Assembly (NCBI GenBank): GCA_008369845.1 | Contig: MRSU01011486.1 | Span: forward strand, 1-52,190 | From: Trichomonas gallinae | Lineage: Eukaryota | Reading direction: 5' to 3' | DNA length: 52,190 bases | Part shown: in pieces, positions 42,139 to 52,190 of the stretch | How the letters are laid out: every line of letters starts with the position of its first letter | How positions within the stretch are numbered: the stretch's first letter is position 1 | Translations under genes and position numbers: made by a program | The notes under the pieces: model-generated | Databases searched by the model: none | Seen by the model: the letters and a program-made list of their open reading frames with translations, nothing else | What the model was told of the DNA's origin: nothing

Positions 42139-43392
42139 TTAATGAGGGAGACTGAGCCTTCTCTTCTTAGCTGCAGTCCTTGCTGCCACAGCCCCGCCAT
42201 AATCAAGAGATGAATTTCTTCTTCCAAGCACCATGCTTCCCGATGTAGAAAGTGGGCGCTCAAACATTGGCAAACTAGGCTGCGAGCGAATTTCGCATGA
42301 TCTTCTATTAACTTTAGGCAATTCTGATCGTTCTGGTGTTCTATTTGGTCTGCAAAGCGTGTTTCCAGCAGACATCAATGACCTGGAGTTTGTTAAGATC
42401 ATATGTGGATTTTCTGTAGAAGCGAATATTGCATTTTGTCTGAATATGTATTTGATTGGTGAAAATGAAATTGGTGTAAGTGTATTTCCGTTATTCGTGA
42501 CATGCAAAACGCCAGACTTGTTATTTCCGTAATTGCAATAATTTGAAGCTCCGAATACAGTAATCGACTTTCCATCGAGCATTTTCTTGATTCCACCCTC
42601 ACATGGCTCATGGCCTCGTACTAAATGCTCTAATCCTTGTGTTTGTAAAAATTCGTTAAGTGCTTTTTTGCCGAAAAAGTATCCCACGCCTCTTGTGGAA
42701 GGCACGAAACCGTCTTCTACGTCCTCTTTTGGATCGCTCCAGACCGCACTAATAACAGGATCAAAGTCGTAATTTATCAAAGGTCTTCCAACGCCTTCTA
42801 ACTGTGAAATACTTGTAAAACCTGCGCCAATGCCTCCATGTACACATAATACTTTGTTGAAAACGACTGCAGCGAGAGGCATGTAAGCGAATGCGTTTGC
42901 GAAACTGAATGTAACTGTTGAATTGTGATAAGTATCTTCTACTTGGTTTGCAAATCCGTCATATTGGAACATTGCGAGGAATTCGTGATTTCCGCGAACA
43001 ATATGAATATGTTTGGGGAATAAAGCCTTTAAAACGAAAACAAGAGTGATTGTTTCGACACTAAATTCTCCTCTGTCCACTAAATCGCCGAGAAATATAT
43101 AATGTATCGCTGGAGGGACACCAAATTTTTTGATTACACGGAATAAATCTAAAATATGGCCATGTAAGTCGCCTAATATGATACAATTTTCATTTATCCT
43201 CAGAACAACCGGTTCTTGGCAGAATAAATCCTTTACTCCTCTGCATAAATCTACCAACAACTCTATAGGCGGTAAGGGAAGAATAAGCCTGCTGCTGCCA
43301 ATCTCGTACATGGTGACGTCGATACTCCATAGTTCTTGGTATTTGTGGAAAAGGTTTTGTATCTGCGATAATTTGGGCTGAAGCTGATTCAT
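42139..43392 (-). CDS. PPP-family Ser/Thr protein phosphatase, 417 aa
   Basis: GDLHG, GDLVDRG, RGNHE, HGG, WSDP, RGHE and ASNY motifs. First ATG at 43392 (the track used an upstream TTG). Confidence 0.95.
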   Translation of the reverse strand: MNQLQPKLSQIQNLFHKYQELWSIDVTMYEIGSSRLILPLPPIELLVDLCRGVKDLFCQEPVVLRINENCIILGDLHGHILDLFRVIKKFGVPPAIHYIFLGDLVDRGEFSVETITLVFVLKALFPKHIHIVRGNHEFLAMFQYDGFANQVEDTYHNSTVTFSFANAFAYMPLAAVVFNKVLCVHGGIGAGFTSISQLEGVGRPLINYDFDPVISAVWSDPKEDVEDGFVPSTRGVGYFFGKKALNEFLQTQGLEHLVRGHEPCEGGIKKMLDGKSITVFGASNYCNYGNNKSGVLHVTNNGNTLTPISFSPIKYIFRQNAIFASTENPHMILTNSRSLMSAGNTLCRPNRTPERSELPKVNRRSCEIRSQPSLPMFERPLSTSGSMVLGRRNSSLDYGGAVAARTAAKKRRLSLPH

Positions 43393-43469
43393 ATGTTTTT
43401 TAAAGAAATAAAGGGGATCAACCCTTCTCAATTAAAATCGATGTAAATTTTTCAATAATTGTTTTCTAT

Positions 43470-43830
43470 CAAAAATCGGTCCTTTTATTGTTTGACTTTT
43501 GGATATTTTCTACAAACAAAAAATCAAAAATTTAAATATCATGTAAAATTATTTTACATGTCAGTTTTATTCGATCTTTAGACATGTAAATAGTCAATTT
43601 TTGAGAATAATTATTATATAATTTCTAACAACAAAAAGTGCATAAATAATCAATGGTTAAAATTATTTTACATGTCATTTTTTATGAAATTTTACGACAT
43701 GTAAAATATAATTTTTGATATTTTCTTTTAAAAAATCGATCGTTTTATTGTTTTAATTTATGTGAAATTAATTTACGTGTCATTTTTTATCAAATTACAA
43801 TATGTAAATTGAATTTTTGAGAAGAATATT
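43470..43830. repeat. Three degenerate ~105-115-bp units, each carrying a TTTACATGTC-N~17-GACATGTAAA dyad, upstream of the phosphatase
   Basis: TTTAC(A/G)TGTCA at about 43553, 43667 and 43772. Each is followed by (GAC)ATGTAAA and AATTTTTGA. Confidence 0.65.
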
Positions 43831-44436
43831 TGGTCAGTGAAAAAGACGATCAAATGCCTGACAAACGCTAATTATCAATACAGATACGTGTTGTGATTAA
43901 TATTCCGACTAAAATCTGTCGGATTTGATCATTTTTATTACATTCAATTTTATTCTTCAACGGCAACAATACTAATCCGAAGAAAAATTAAAATCAGCAG
44001 CCTTTAGACCTCTATTTTATCCTGGTTTCATGATTGAACTCTGTATATTTCAACCTTTGATAAAAATTTAGGATAAATTATGAATAAAATGTAATCAAAA
44101 TGGAACTACAAATCTGACTATAAATAGTGTGAATAACTTGCATGAACTGTAAAGCACAACCAAGAAGAATTTTAAGACTTATCAAAAAATAAAATATTTT
44201 AATAAAATAGAGAAAAAAAAAATATGTATTTGAGTCTTAAAAGTTAGTTATACAACGCTTAAAAAGATGAAAAAGCAGAATTAAATATGATAATAATATT
44301 TTGAAACAAAAATTGAAATTTGTAATTGAAAGTTAAGTAACTCTGAATAAGTTTCTCAAATGTGCTTTCATTAGTTCCTTGTTTTCAAAAAATAAATTTC
44401 AAATTCAAAATTTCGCGTAAGTAAGTATGAATTATT

Positions 44437-44580
44437 ACTTCCCTGGCCAAAAATTCACTAAAAAGTGTGTTTTGATTAAGGGAAGTCGGTGTCTCCGCAG
44501 TTCAAAGTTACTGGGGAGCACGAATCCCCCAGTGACCGTGACGGATTATGGCCGGATATTGAGCCCAAAATAATCGTCAC
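44437..44580. ncRNA. Candidate structured RNA/DNA element with three consecutive hairpins
   Basis: GC-enriched island in an AT-rich intergenic region. Stems ACTTCCCT/AGGGAAGT (44437-44486), GTTACTGGGG/CCCCAGTGAC (44507-44536) and GTGACG-G-ATTAT/ATAAT-CGTCAC (44538-44580). Confidence 0.4.
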
Positions 44581-45090
44581 CAAATTTTCCAAAAAGGATT
44601 TCTCGAACTTTAATATTTGGTTTTACAATCATGAGTATTTTCTTAATATCGAAGAAATATTCTGAAATTCAAGATATTTTTAGAATTAATAAGACATTTT
44701 TATTATTTGAGTAGAGCAATAGTTTATAAATCCAATGGACCGACTTAATATAAAGTTGGAAGTTAAAAATCAAAACTTTAGATATTTCAAAAAATATGTT
44801 TTTCTAATCATATTTTTGAAATTTCGATTTTTTGCAATAAAAATAAAGTTCATTTCGGAAACTAACTCTGCAAAATTATTGAATAATACATCGAACTGAT
44901 ATTTATATCAAAAAATCTCAACTAATTATTATCGTCTTAGATACATTCTCTTATAATGAGATTTTACTTGAAAGTAACTACAACTTTATATAGTGAAACT
45001 TCATATGCTTTTATAAGTAGTGATATTAAGAGAAATAAGGCATAATTTATAGATTGAAAGGTGAATTTTTACATACAAATACAGAAACAG

Positions 45091-46095
45091 TTAATGGATA
45101 AGATCATCTACATTGAAGCGACCATTTGCAATCTCCATAAGATTGCCATTGTTTGATCTGCTTCTTACGATCGAATTTCTATAAACAAACATTGAGCTCC
45201 TCTTGTTTTTCTCAGCAACTATTTGAATTTGTCTCGTCTTAGGCTGGAAAATGGTCTGATTCTTACAAACCTTATAGCTATTGCATTGGGGTACTTTAGA
45301 GAAATATTGCATTTGAAGAATATCGCTTATGGATGGTCTCTTGTTTGGATCAACCTGAAGGCAAAGCGAGATGATAAATCTTAATCTTATATCTGGAATG
45401 AGCGAATCGTCATAAGTTCCAGACATAATAAGCTCCTTAAGTTTATTCGTATCGTACGACTGAAATGGATATCTTCTTGTTGCAATATAATACAAAGTAA
45501 CTCCAAGAGCCCAGATATCAGCTAATATTGGGTTATATGTAGGTTGCTCATCCTTGCTGTTGCGTTTGTAGATTTCAGGAGCCATGAATAAATGGGTTCC
45601 AACGTATAAACAACTTTCTTCGTTATGAATATGGTATGTTGAGAGACCAAAATCAGTGATTTTGATTCTCCCATACTTGTCTAGTAAGAAATTACTTGGT
45701 TTAATGTCCCTGTGTGCTATGTGATTGTCGTGACAAACTTTAACACACATGAGAACTTCAGTCATTAATCTCTTCTGAAGGTCGTCGTTTAAGTAGGATT
45801 TCGTGCTTAAAAATCTTTGTAGGTCGCTAGGGCAGTATTCCATAACAAAATAATAATATTGGTTGATCTTGAAATATTGGTACAAGTAAACGATGCGAAG
45901 ATCATCTAATTCCATTAAACATGTGACTTCCTGCTCGTGAAACATCTCTTCTGGTACCTGTTTAACTGCGAAATACGATTGATATTGTATGGAATACACG
46001 AGAAATACAATGCCGTATGAGCCCCTCGCGAGCACTTGGTTGAATACAAAGCCTTTCTCCCTTAAGTAATCAATTATTTCCCTATCATCACTCAT
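45091..46095 (-). CDS. CAMK-group Ser/Thr protein kinase
   Basis: ARGSYG, AVK, HRDIKPSN, DFG, GTHLFMAPE, DIWALGV. Confidence 0.92.
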   Translation of the reverse strand: MSDDREIIDYLREKGFVFNQVLARGSYGIVFLVYSIQYQSYFAVKQVPEEMFHEQEVTCLMELDDLRIVYLYQYFKINQYYYFVMEYCPSDLQRFLSTKSYLNDDLQKRLMTEVLMCVKVCHDNHIAHRDIKPSNFLLDKYGRIKITDFGLSTYHIHNEESCLYVGTHLFMAPEIYKRNSKDEQPTYNPILADIWALGVTLYYIATRRYPFQSYDTNKLKELIMSGTYDDSLIPDIRLRFIISLCLQVDPNKRPSISDILQMQYFSKVPQCNSYKVCKNQTIFQPKTRQIQIVAEKNKRSSMFVYRNSIVRSRSNNGNLMEIANGRFNVDDLIH

Positions 46096-46536
46096 TGTTT
46101 ATAACAAAGAAAAAAATTGTAAAATTTTTTTTCCAAAATTTAGAAATTATTGAGTATTGATAACAATGCAGTTGACAATTATTATTTTGTCATTCAAAAT
46201 TGTATAAGTCTTCGGAAATTTTTGAAACAAACAGCTTCTTGATCAGATAGAAGAAAAGAATTTGCTAGTAATATGTTCTATGATTATTTCAGGATGCGGA
46301 AATTTCTGAGGTTTATCAAAAAAATTGTACACCTTTTTTCCTATTGCACAAGATAGTGATCGAGATTTTTCGAAAAATTCATCTTCTCCCCATTCGTAAG
46401 GTTATTTTTTTTTGTTTAGCAAAATTGACTGTATTAAAATAGTTAAGCAATTTCTTTAGAGATATAGGCATCTAAATGAATTTTTAATCCAAACTTAAAG
46501 ACAAAGTCATTAAATTTTTTTTGTGTTATATATTTT

Positions 46537-46878
46537 TTAGCAGATGTAAATTTCTACTTCACCTGGCCATTTGATGGTATCAACGTTTTTGTTTGTGACT
46601 TCATGCTCTTCGATGGACTTGCCTTCTTTATTTTCTTCATAAGTTGTAACTTGGGCTTTCCATGAATTCAATACTTCGCCACATCCGATTGTTTTAACGA
46701 GGTCATCAATTTTAGCGCGGTCTCCATGGAACGTTGCGATAACTTTCTCCTTATCATCGACACAATTTGTCGCACCAGCTTCGATACCACGCTTAATGGC
46801 GCCGCGCATTATAGTTTGGCGGAACATAGCATACTGAACATGGCCGTGGAATGTGAAATAAGCTGTTACAGCGGACAT
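46537..46878 (-). CDS. Acylphosphatase-like protein
   Basis: FHGHVQYAMFR...GIEAGATN matches the acylphosphatase pattern GxVQGVxFR...GxxGxxxN, with the catalytic Arg and Asn retained. Confidence 0.75.
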   Translation of the reverse strand: MSAVTAYFTFHGHVQYAMFRQTIMRGAIKRGIEAGATNCVDDKEKVIATFHGDRAKIDDLVKTIGCGEVLNSWKAQVTTYEENKEGKSIEEHEVTNKNVDTIKWPGEVEIYIC

Positions 46879-47838
46879 GAAATGGTCACTTCACTTTTAT
46901 GAACAGTAATTAACCTTAGTTTATCGTTTTTCGTCAAAAATGATTTTCCAATAAATCGTTATTATATATGCTAAAAAGCAAAATATACATCGATTCATTT
47001 CAAAAAACTACGATTACTTTTAATTCAAAAATGATCGCAACGAAAAATCACTACGGTATATAACAAGTTATTTATGATTTTCCTAAAATCCAGTCAATTG
47101 ATAAATAACCTTATTCTATTCGAACAATAGATACAATGAATAATTAATCTCAGGAGTTCCAAAATCACAATCGAATATCCATGTGTAATTTGTTTTTGGG
47201 AAGGATATCGCTTGTCGTTACGACTACTAATACTTCGATTTATTGTGAACTAGTTTTTCCGTTTCAGGCCAATTTTTACACTTTTCACCGTTGCACAATA
47301 TCCATACATCACAACAATGTGGCAGTAATATCAAAATAAATGTTCGTTTGTTCAATTTCACTGAAAAGTTTGTTTTTGAAAATTCATATTTTTTTATTTT
47401 TTGATATTTATCTAATAAGATGACATATAATACGCATTTCATAATTTTGCAAAAATTGGAGATTGCAATATTCCATCTCTATTATAGAGTCTAATAAAAA
47501 TATCCACATTCTGGACCATTTTGATTGAGTAATTGAAATCGTTTTTGTGAGATTTACAAAAGTTGCGAAAGAGATCGCCAATATGATACTCTCAATATTT
47601 TGCATCCAATTCATTCAAAAACTAATTTTTTTTAATTTCGAAACATTTCGATGTAATTAAATGAAAAGATGCGAAATAGACAAATCCAAAATCTTGAATT
47701 TAAATAAATTCAATTCTCACAAAAACAAATAATGTTAATATTGCTAATCTTTTCCTATAATGGCATGGATAAATCAAAATTGATGGCGGTTTTGTAAATT
47801 ATTTGAGTGGTGTCAGAAAAAAATTCATTTTAACATTT

Positions 47839-49521
47839 ATGGATAATACTAGTATAATTACCACGTTCTCACTCGAAAGCAAGCTCAGTTATGGTTTCTA
47901 TGACCATTCCAGCTTCATTCCTGATAACGAATGGCAAAATGAAGAAAATATTAGAATTGAAAATTTCAAAAAACTGCCAGTTTTCATCCCAAAATTCACC
48001 GAGAAGATCAAGAAGTTGGTAAGGTATGGTGTCCCTTCTACAGCTCGTCGTAATTTTTGGTTTCAAGCCTCAGGAGGCTTCGATTTGTATAAATCCATGT
48101 CTGGAAAGTTTAATTGGGAAAAGACAATGACAAGAGCTATGCAGAAACCAATGACAGATGCCTCAAATTTCGGATCATCGATAGATATTTTGAGTTTCCT
48201 TCCAGAAGCTGATGTGAAGCAATTGAAAACGTTTCTACATATTGTTTGGGTTTCTAATCCTCAAATCATTTTCGCACCTCTAATACCAACAGTGTCTGCT
48301 TTATTACTCATGTATTTAGAGCCACCTTTAGCATATCTTACGATTAAATCAATGATTGATAGATCAACAGGAAACGGTAACTGGTACTTCACAATCGACC
48401 AGAAATGCTTTTACGCATCAACAGAATCGATTTCAGACCAATTAAAGAGATTTTGTTCGGATATTGATAAACACGCCACAGAAATTGGTGCATCCATTAC
48501 AAAGCTCGTGATGTCCTTATTTCCAACATTTTTCTTACCATTCTCGACGCTACCTGCTGCATTGACATTTTTCGATTCATTCGTTTTAGAAGGCAGGAAA
48601 GTTTTGCTGCGTTTCTGCATTGGCATATTCTCAATGAATAGACAACAACTTTGCCAAGCTAAAACTCCAGAACAATTTTATGAAATTGTCGTAAATTCGA
48701 TTAGAGAATTAAATACGCCAGCAAAGATCAAAGCAGTTGTTAAGCAATCATTTGTATTGTTTATTAGTCGTGAAAAACACTTGCTTCCAGCAGAAACAGC
48801 GATTTTGCAAGATGAGGCTCCGTTTTCGGAATCAGTTCAATTCAACGCCTATAAGTCATATCCAGATTTCTTAGATTCCTCACCAAATTACAATTCAGGA
48901 GGAATAAAATCATGGAGATCATCAATGTCAACGGAAATGAAGACACATTTCTCGCCTAACAAAATATTCAATGTTGAAGATGCATTTGACGTCATGAAAA
49001 TCCTTGCAAAACACACTCCTGCTGTTATTGGTGGCAATTTATTGGTAAACTCGCTGTTCTACAGGCTAAGAGAGTATCTACCGCCATCATGCAGGTGTTA
49101 TTCCCCCATTCTCGTTTACAAACTCTCCAACGACGGAACAATGCTTCAGACATTATACGAAAAGACTACAAAATCGAAACCACATATCATGATTATTAAG
49201 ACATCAACATGTTGCATTGGTGCCTTCTTTGATGACAGTCCAAGACCAGGCTATAAAGGTAACATTTCGAATTTTGTTTTCAAATGCGATGATTTCGCTT
49301 TCTACAAGCCTAAGTCAACACCAAACTCTTTATACACATCAATAACCACCAGAACATTCATGGTAGGCGGCCCCAAAGCAGCAATTTTCTTTGAAGACGG
49401 AATGCAGTGGATTATAAGTGATCCGTGCGAAACATTTGAGTCTCCAGCTCTAATTGAAAACGAAGAAAACAGAGAGCGGATTCTAGATATTGAAGTTTAT
49501 AAGCTCCTTTTCAAGGTTTAA
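47839..49521 (+). CDS. TBC1D24/Skywalker-like TBC + TLDc domain protein, 560 aa
   Basis: KKLVRYGVPSTARRNFW, FAPLIPTVSALLL and FVLEGRKVLLRF (TBC). LVYKLSNDGTMLQTLY, IGAFF, MVGG and PCETFESPAL (TLDc). ATG at 47839 follows Inr TCATT at 47825-47829. Confidence 0.88.
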   Translation: MDNTSIITTFSLESKLSYGFYDHSSFIPDNEWQNEENIRIENFKKLPVFIPKFTEKIKKLVRYGVPSTARRNFWFQASGGFDLYKSMSGKFNWEKTMTRAMQKPMTDASNFGSSIDILSFLPEADVKQLKTFLHIVWVSNPQIIFAPLIPTVSALLLMYLEPPLAYLTIKSMIDRSTGNGNWYFTIDQKCFYASTESISDQLKRFCSDIDKHATEIGASITKLVMSLFPTFFLPFSTLPAALTFFDSFVLEGRKVLLRFCIGIFSMNRQQLCQAKTPEQFYEIVVNSIRELNTPAKIKAVVKQSFVLFISREKHLLPAETAILQDEAPFSESVQFNAYKSYPDFLDSSPNYNSGGIKSWRSSMSTEMKTHFSPNKIFNVEDAFDVMKILAKHTPAVIGGNLLVNSLFYRLREYLPPSCRCYSPILVYKLSNDGTMLQTLYEKTTKSKPHIMIIKTSTCCIGAFFDDSPRPGYKGNISNFVFKCDDFAFYKPKSTPNSLYTSITTRTFMVGGPKAAIFFEDGMQWIISDPCETFESPALIENEENRERILDIEVYKLLFKV

Positions 49522-49831
49522 TAAATTTTGTTTGTATTTTTAGTTATTAACCAAATTCTAGTTTTTACTCATATCATACACACCAGAATATGGTAAAATC
49601 AATATTATCAAGCTCAAATCGATTTAATATTTGAATATTTCAAATTTATAAATTTATGATTATATATTAATGATTTTGTAAATATTAGTTATATTTGGCT
49701 AAAATTAATGATTGGCATCTTCTAAAATGATGTATTTCATGGTTTTACGTAAGTTTTAGATGATGATTTATTTTTGACACGTAAATACTTTTGTCATGTA
49801 AATTGACTAATTTACCAAAAATGTCAAAATT

Positions 49832-51181
49832 ATGCATGATGAATATAAAGATGTTGATAATTCAAAAAAAGCAGAACTTCCAACAAATAATGAAATAGAA
49901 GATACTGGATGCAGGAATTTCTTCCTTGAATTGTTTCAAAAACTAACAGAACTCGAAAATGAAACAAGTCCATTAAGTTTGGAATTGTTTAAGCGACTTG
50001 CTGATGCATTAAACGATCCAAATTTCGAAGTTGATCCTTCTGTGTATATTAATACGAATTTTTGCGGATTTTTGCTTGATAAATTAAGTGGTCCATCTTT
50101 TGGAATTCATAGATCGATTTTACTGTGTCTTCGAGCTATATCTCGCATAGAGCAAATAGCATCTAATATGATTGACTTAGAATTTTACAATTATTTGATT
50201 GAATATATTAAAAATCCAGATAATTCTGAATCTATGGTACAAATTGCTTTAGATATCCTCATAAATTTGATCCAAACTATGGATGATACTCAAGTTTGCT
50301 GTTTACCAATTTTAGGTTTTGAAGAGCTTGAAAACGCGAATATTTTAATAGATTATTTCTATAATATCGTTCTTTTCCATCCAGATTTCGACTGTTTTCA
50401 AGAAATATGCAAATTTATTTCTGATTTCATGCATTTTTCTGATGAATCTGATGTAATCACAATTGCAAAGATTTTCGAAGAGAGGATAAAATATACACCA
50501 TCAGATGTCGTTTTCCTTATGGAACATGAAGAAGAAGACGAAATTTTGTTATCAAGATATATAAATAATGTAGATAATGAAGAAGCTTTATCTATAACAT
50601 TCAAAGCATTGGCCTATGGATTTGACAACAAAGTTGACATGCCAGACTTATATGTAACAATTATTGATTCAGATATTATTCAAAAAGCGTTTTATATGTT
50701 TTTCAACTCTGAAAATGAAGAATATAGAGTCAATGGTATAAAGTTTATTCACTATTGCGTTGCTGATCGAAATCTTGTTGAAGAAACAATAAAATTAATT
50801 TCAATTGATGATTTTGCAAAAATGGTTGATTTCTTACCACAGCTTCAATTCTACTGCATCTCAAGCATTGTTTCAATACTGAATGCTTGCATTCACTATA
50901 AAGGATTAGAATTTGCAAAAATTGGCTTCGAAAGAAATCTAATTCCAAATCTTTTACCAATTGTTGAACAATCAGAACTTGCTGCAACTCTTGTTTGTCG
51001 TATTTTCATGGAAATGTATGTTCTTTTCCAAAATAATGGAATTGAAAATCAAATTGTAGAACAAGTCCAGTCAACTGAAATAAATGATCTAATAGACGAT
51101 TCTCTTGATTTTGATGACGCTGATTATGAAATAATAATGAATTTTAGAAAATTATTCAATTTTATCAACGAAGATGACTGA
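49832..51181 (+). CDS. Acidic ARM/HEAT-like helical repeat hypothetical protein
   Basis: 449-aa ORF with amphipathic helical repeats (ILLCLRAIS, IALDILINL). Confidence 0.8.
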   Translation: MHDEYKDVDNSKKAELPTNNEIEDTGCRNFFLELFQKLTELENETSPLSLELFKRLADALNDPNFEVDPSVYINTNFCGFLLDKLSGPSFGIHRSILLCLRAISRIEQIASNMIDLEFYNYLIEYIKNPDNSESMVQIALDILINLIQTMDDTQVCCLPILGFEELENANILIDYFYNIVLFHPDFDCFQEICKFISDFMHFSDESDVITIAKIFEERIKYTPSDVVFLMEHEEEDEILLSRYINNVDNEEALSITFKALAYGFDNKVDMPDLYVTIIDSDIIQKAFYMFFNSENEEYRVNGIKFIHYCVADRNLVEETIKLISIDDFAKMVDFLPQLQFYCISSIVSILNACIHYKGLEFAKIGFERNLIPNLLPIVEQSELAATLVCRIFMEMYVLFQNNGIENQIVEQVQSTEINDLIDDSLDFDDADYEIIMNFRKLFNFINEDD

Positions 51182-51677
51182 TATAATCTATACTGTTTGT
51201 AAGTAGTAGCTTTAACATTGTTTTTTTATCATAAATTTTCCAATTTTGAAATTTCAATTTATCGAATGAGTGATAATAAACATTACAATAAATTGAATTT
51301 TATACAAGCACAACCTAGCTTTCAACACAACTTTTTGAAAATTCAAATTGGCCCAAACTCCATATATAGGTACAGTACCATATGGAGGATACGTGTGAAA
51401 AGTTCCTTGATTCTGCTGCAGTAGGATCTTGTTTTGAAAAATTCATTAAATTTTAACTTCAAAATCTGAGAATTTTTTTTTCAATGACTTCGAATATTAA
51501 AATTGCAATATCATTTTCAATTTTAGAAGTATATGATTAACTTATGCTTAGCATATGTACAGCTTGTTGTTGTAAACACGATGGAATATATCTTATGTCT
51601 TGATATTCAAGTGAGAAGAATTTCCCTCGTTGATCATTCGTCCGTTAAAATAAGGTTCTAAGTTTCAACATCTTTAA

Positions 51678-51934
51678 GGGTCCGCTACGCGACCAAATAG
51701 CGGTCTCAATTTTTCAATGCGGTATTGAAAATTATCGTTTTGCCAAGAAAAATAAACTCACTTTTTGAAGAGATCTAATGCGCTAACAATACGCACCACT
51801 TTGTAGGTGTTGCTGGCATCATATAAAAAATAATTCTCTCGCTTAATTATTTTAATTAATCGGCCCTTATACTCACATTTTGGAGAGGTCATCTAAAAAT
51901 AGACGATAGACTGCTATTTGGCCAGAGCGGACCC
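51678..51934. mobile_element. 257-bp non-autonomous DNA transposon (MITE), Kolobok-like, TTAA target-site duplication
   Basis: TTAA|GGGTCCGCTACGCGACCAAATAGCGGTCT ... AGACTGCTATTTGGCCAGAGCGGACCC|TTAA. Imperfect ~28-bp TIRs with 9 perfect terminal bp. TTAA at 51674-51677 and 51935-51938. No ORF. Confidence 0.8.
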
Positions 51935-52086
51935 TTAAATTCAATAAATAATATTTGATATTTTTTTGAAGTATCATTTTTTTGAATTGACAAATGGAGT
52001 CACAGGCTATCGAAATCCTCGATGAAATGAAAATAATTCATAATAAAAGTTAAATCATTAAAATAAAAGTGTTTATTCTATTATAC

Positions 52087-52188
52087 TTAAGGTTTAACAG
52101 CATCGTTTTCATCTACATCTTCAATATCTACATGTTTAAATACTTCACTCTTCGACTCATCGTCAAAGTCGTTCACAAATGGATCTGC
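52087..52188 (-). CDS. C-terminal end of a gene truncated by the window edge (..ADPFVNDFDDESKSEVFKHVDIEDVDENDAVKP*)
   Basis: Open frame from the window end to TAA at 52087-52089, with coding-like acidic composition. Confidence 0.6.
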   Translation of the reverse strand, partial: ADPFVNDFDDESKSEVFKHVDIEDVDENDAVKP

Positions 52189-52190
52189 GT

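Noticed and set aside
44500..44536. tRNA (GTTCAAA and CGAATCCCCC resemble T-arm pieces)
   Set aside because: No acceptor, D and anticodon arms in the right geometry, so no cloverleaf can be built.
44434..44750. Assignment as U1 snRNA or RNase P RNA
   Set aside because: The U1 5' motif is mismatched, and the U1A loop and spacing are wrong. For RNase P, the CR-V spacing is off and the intervening DNA is unstructured and AT-rich. Kept only as an unassigned candidate.

Overview
AT-rich eukaryotic DNA, almost certainly from a trichomonad (Trichomonas vaginalis or a close relative). This is inferred from the near absence of introns, TCA(C/T)(T/A) initiator elements just before ATGs, a 25-nt CTAACAAACAG-type intron and typical expanded families. 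About 24 protein genes are supported. They include a TMEM216/80-like transition-zone protein, a MOK-like CMGC kinase, a CAMK-group kinase, a PPP phosphatase, an R2R3 Myb, a bacterial-type YqhD/Bdh iron alcohol dehydrogenase, a GDA1/CD39 NTPDase, an acylphosphatase-like protein, a TBC1D24-like TBC+TLDc protein, two LRR proteins and coiled-coil proteins. There are also two paralogous GSAP/Pigeon-like proteins and a head-to-head pair of transmembrane cyclase-family proteins that appear catalytically dead. Non-coding highlights are a 25-nt intron joining two listed ORFs, a 257-bp TTAA-flanked Kolobok-like MITE, a multi-hairpin candidate ncRNA at ~44.4-44.6 kb, an orientation-biased upstream motif (TGTCATGTAAA-like) in ~20-nt-spaced arrays, a GTTTGTA motif after stop codons, several ~100-120-bp degenerate tandem repeats, and ankyrin/BspA gene relics. 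No multi-gene novel system could be established from the sequence alone. All family calls come from motif recognition by eye, not database searches.
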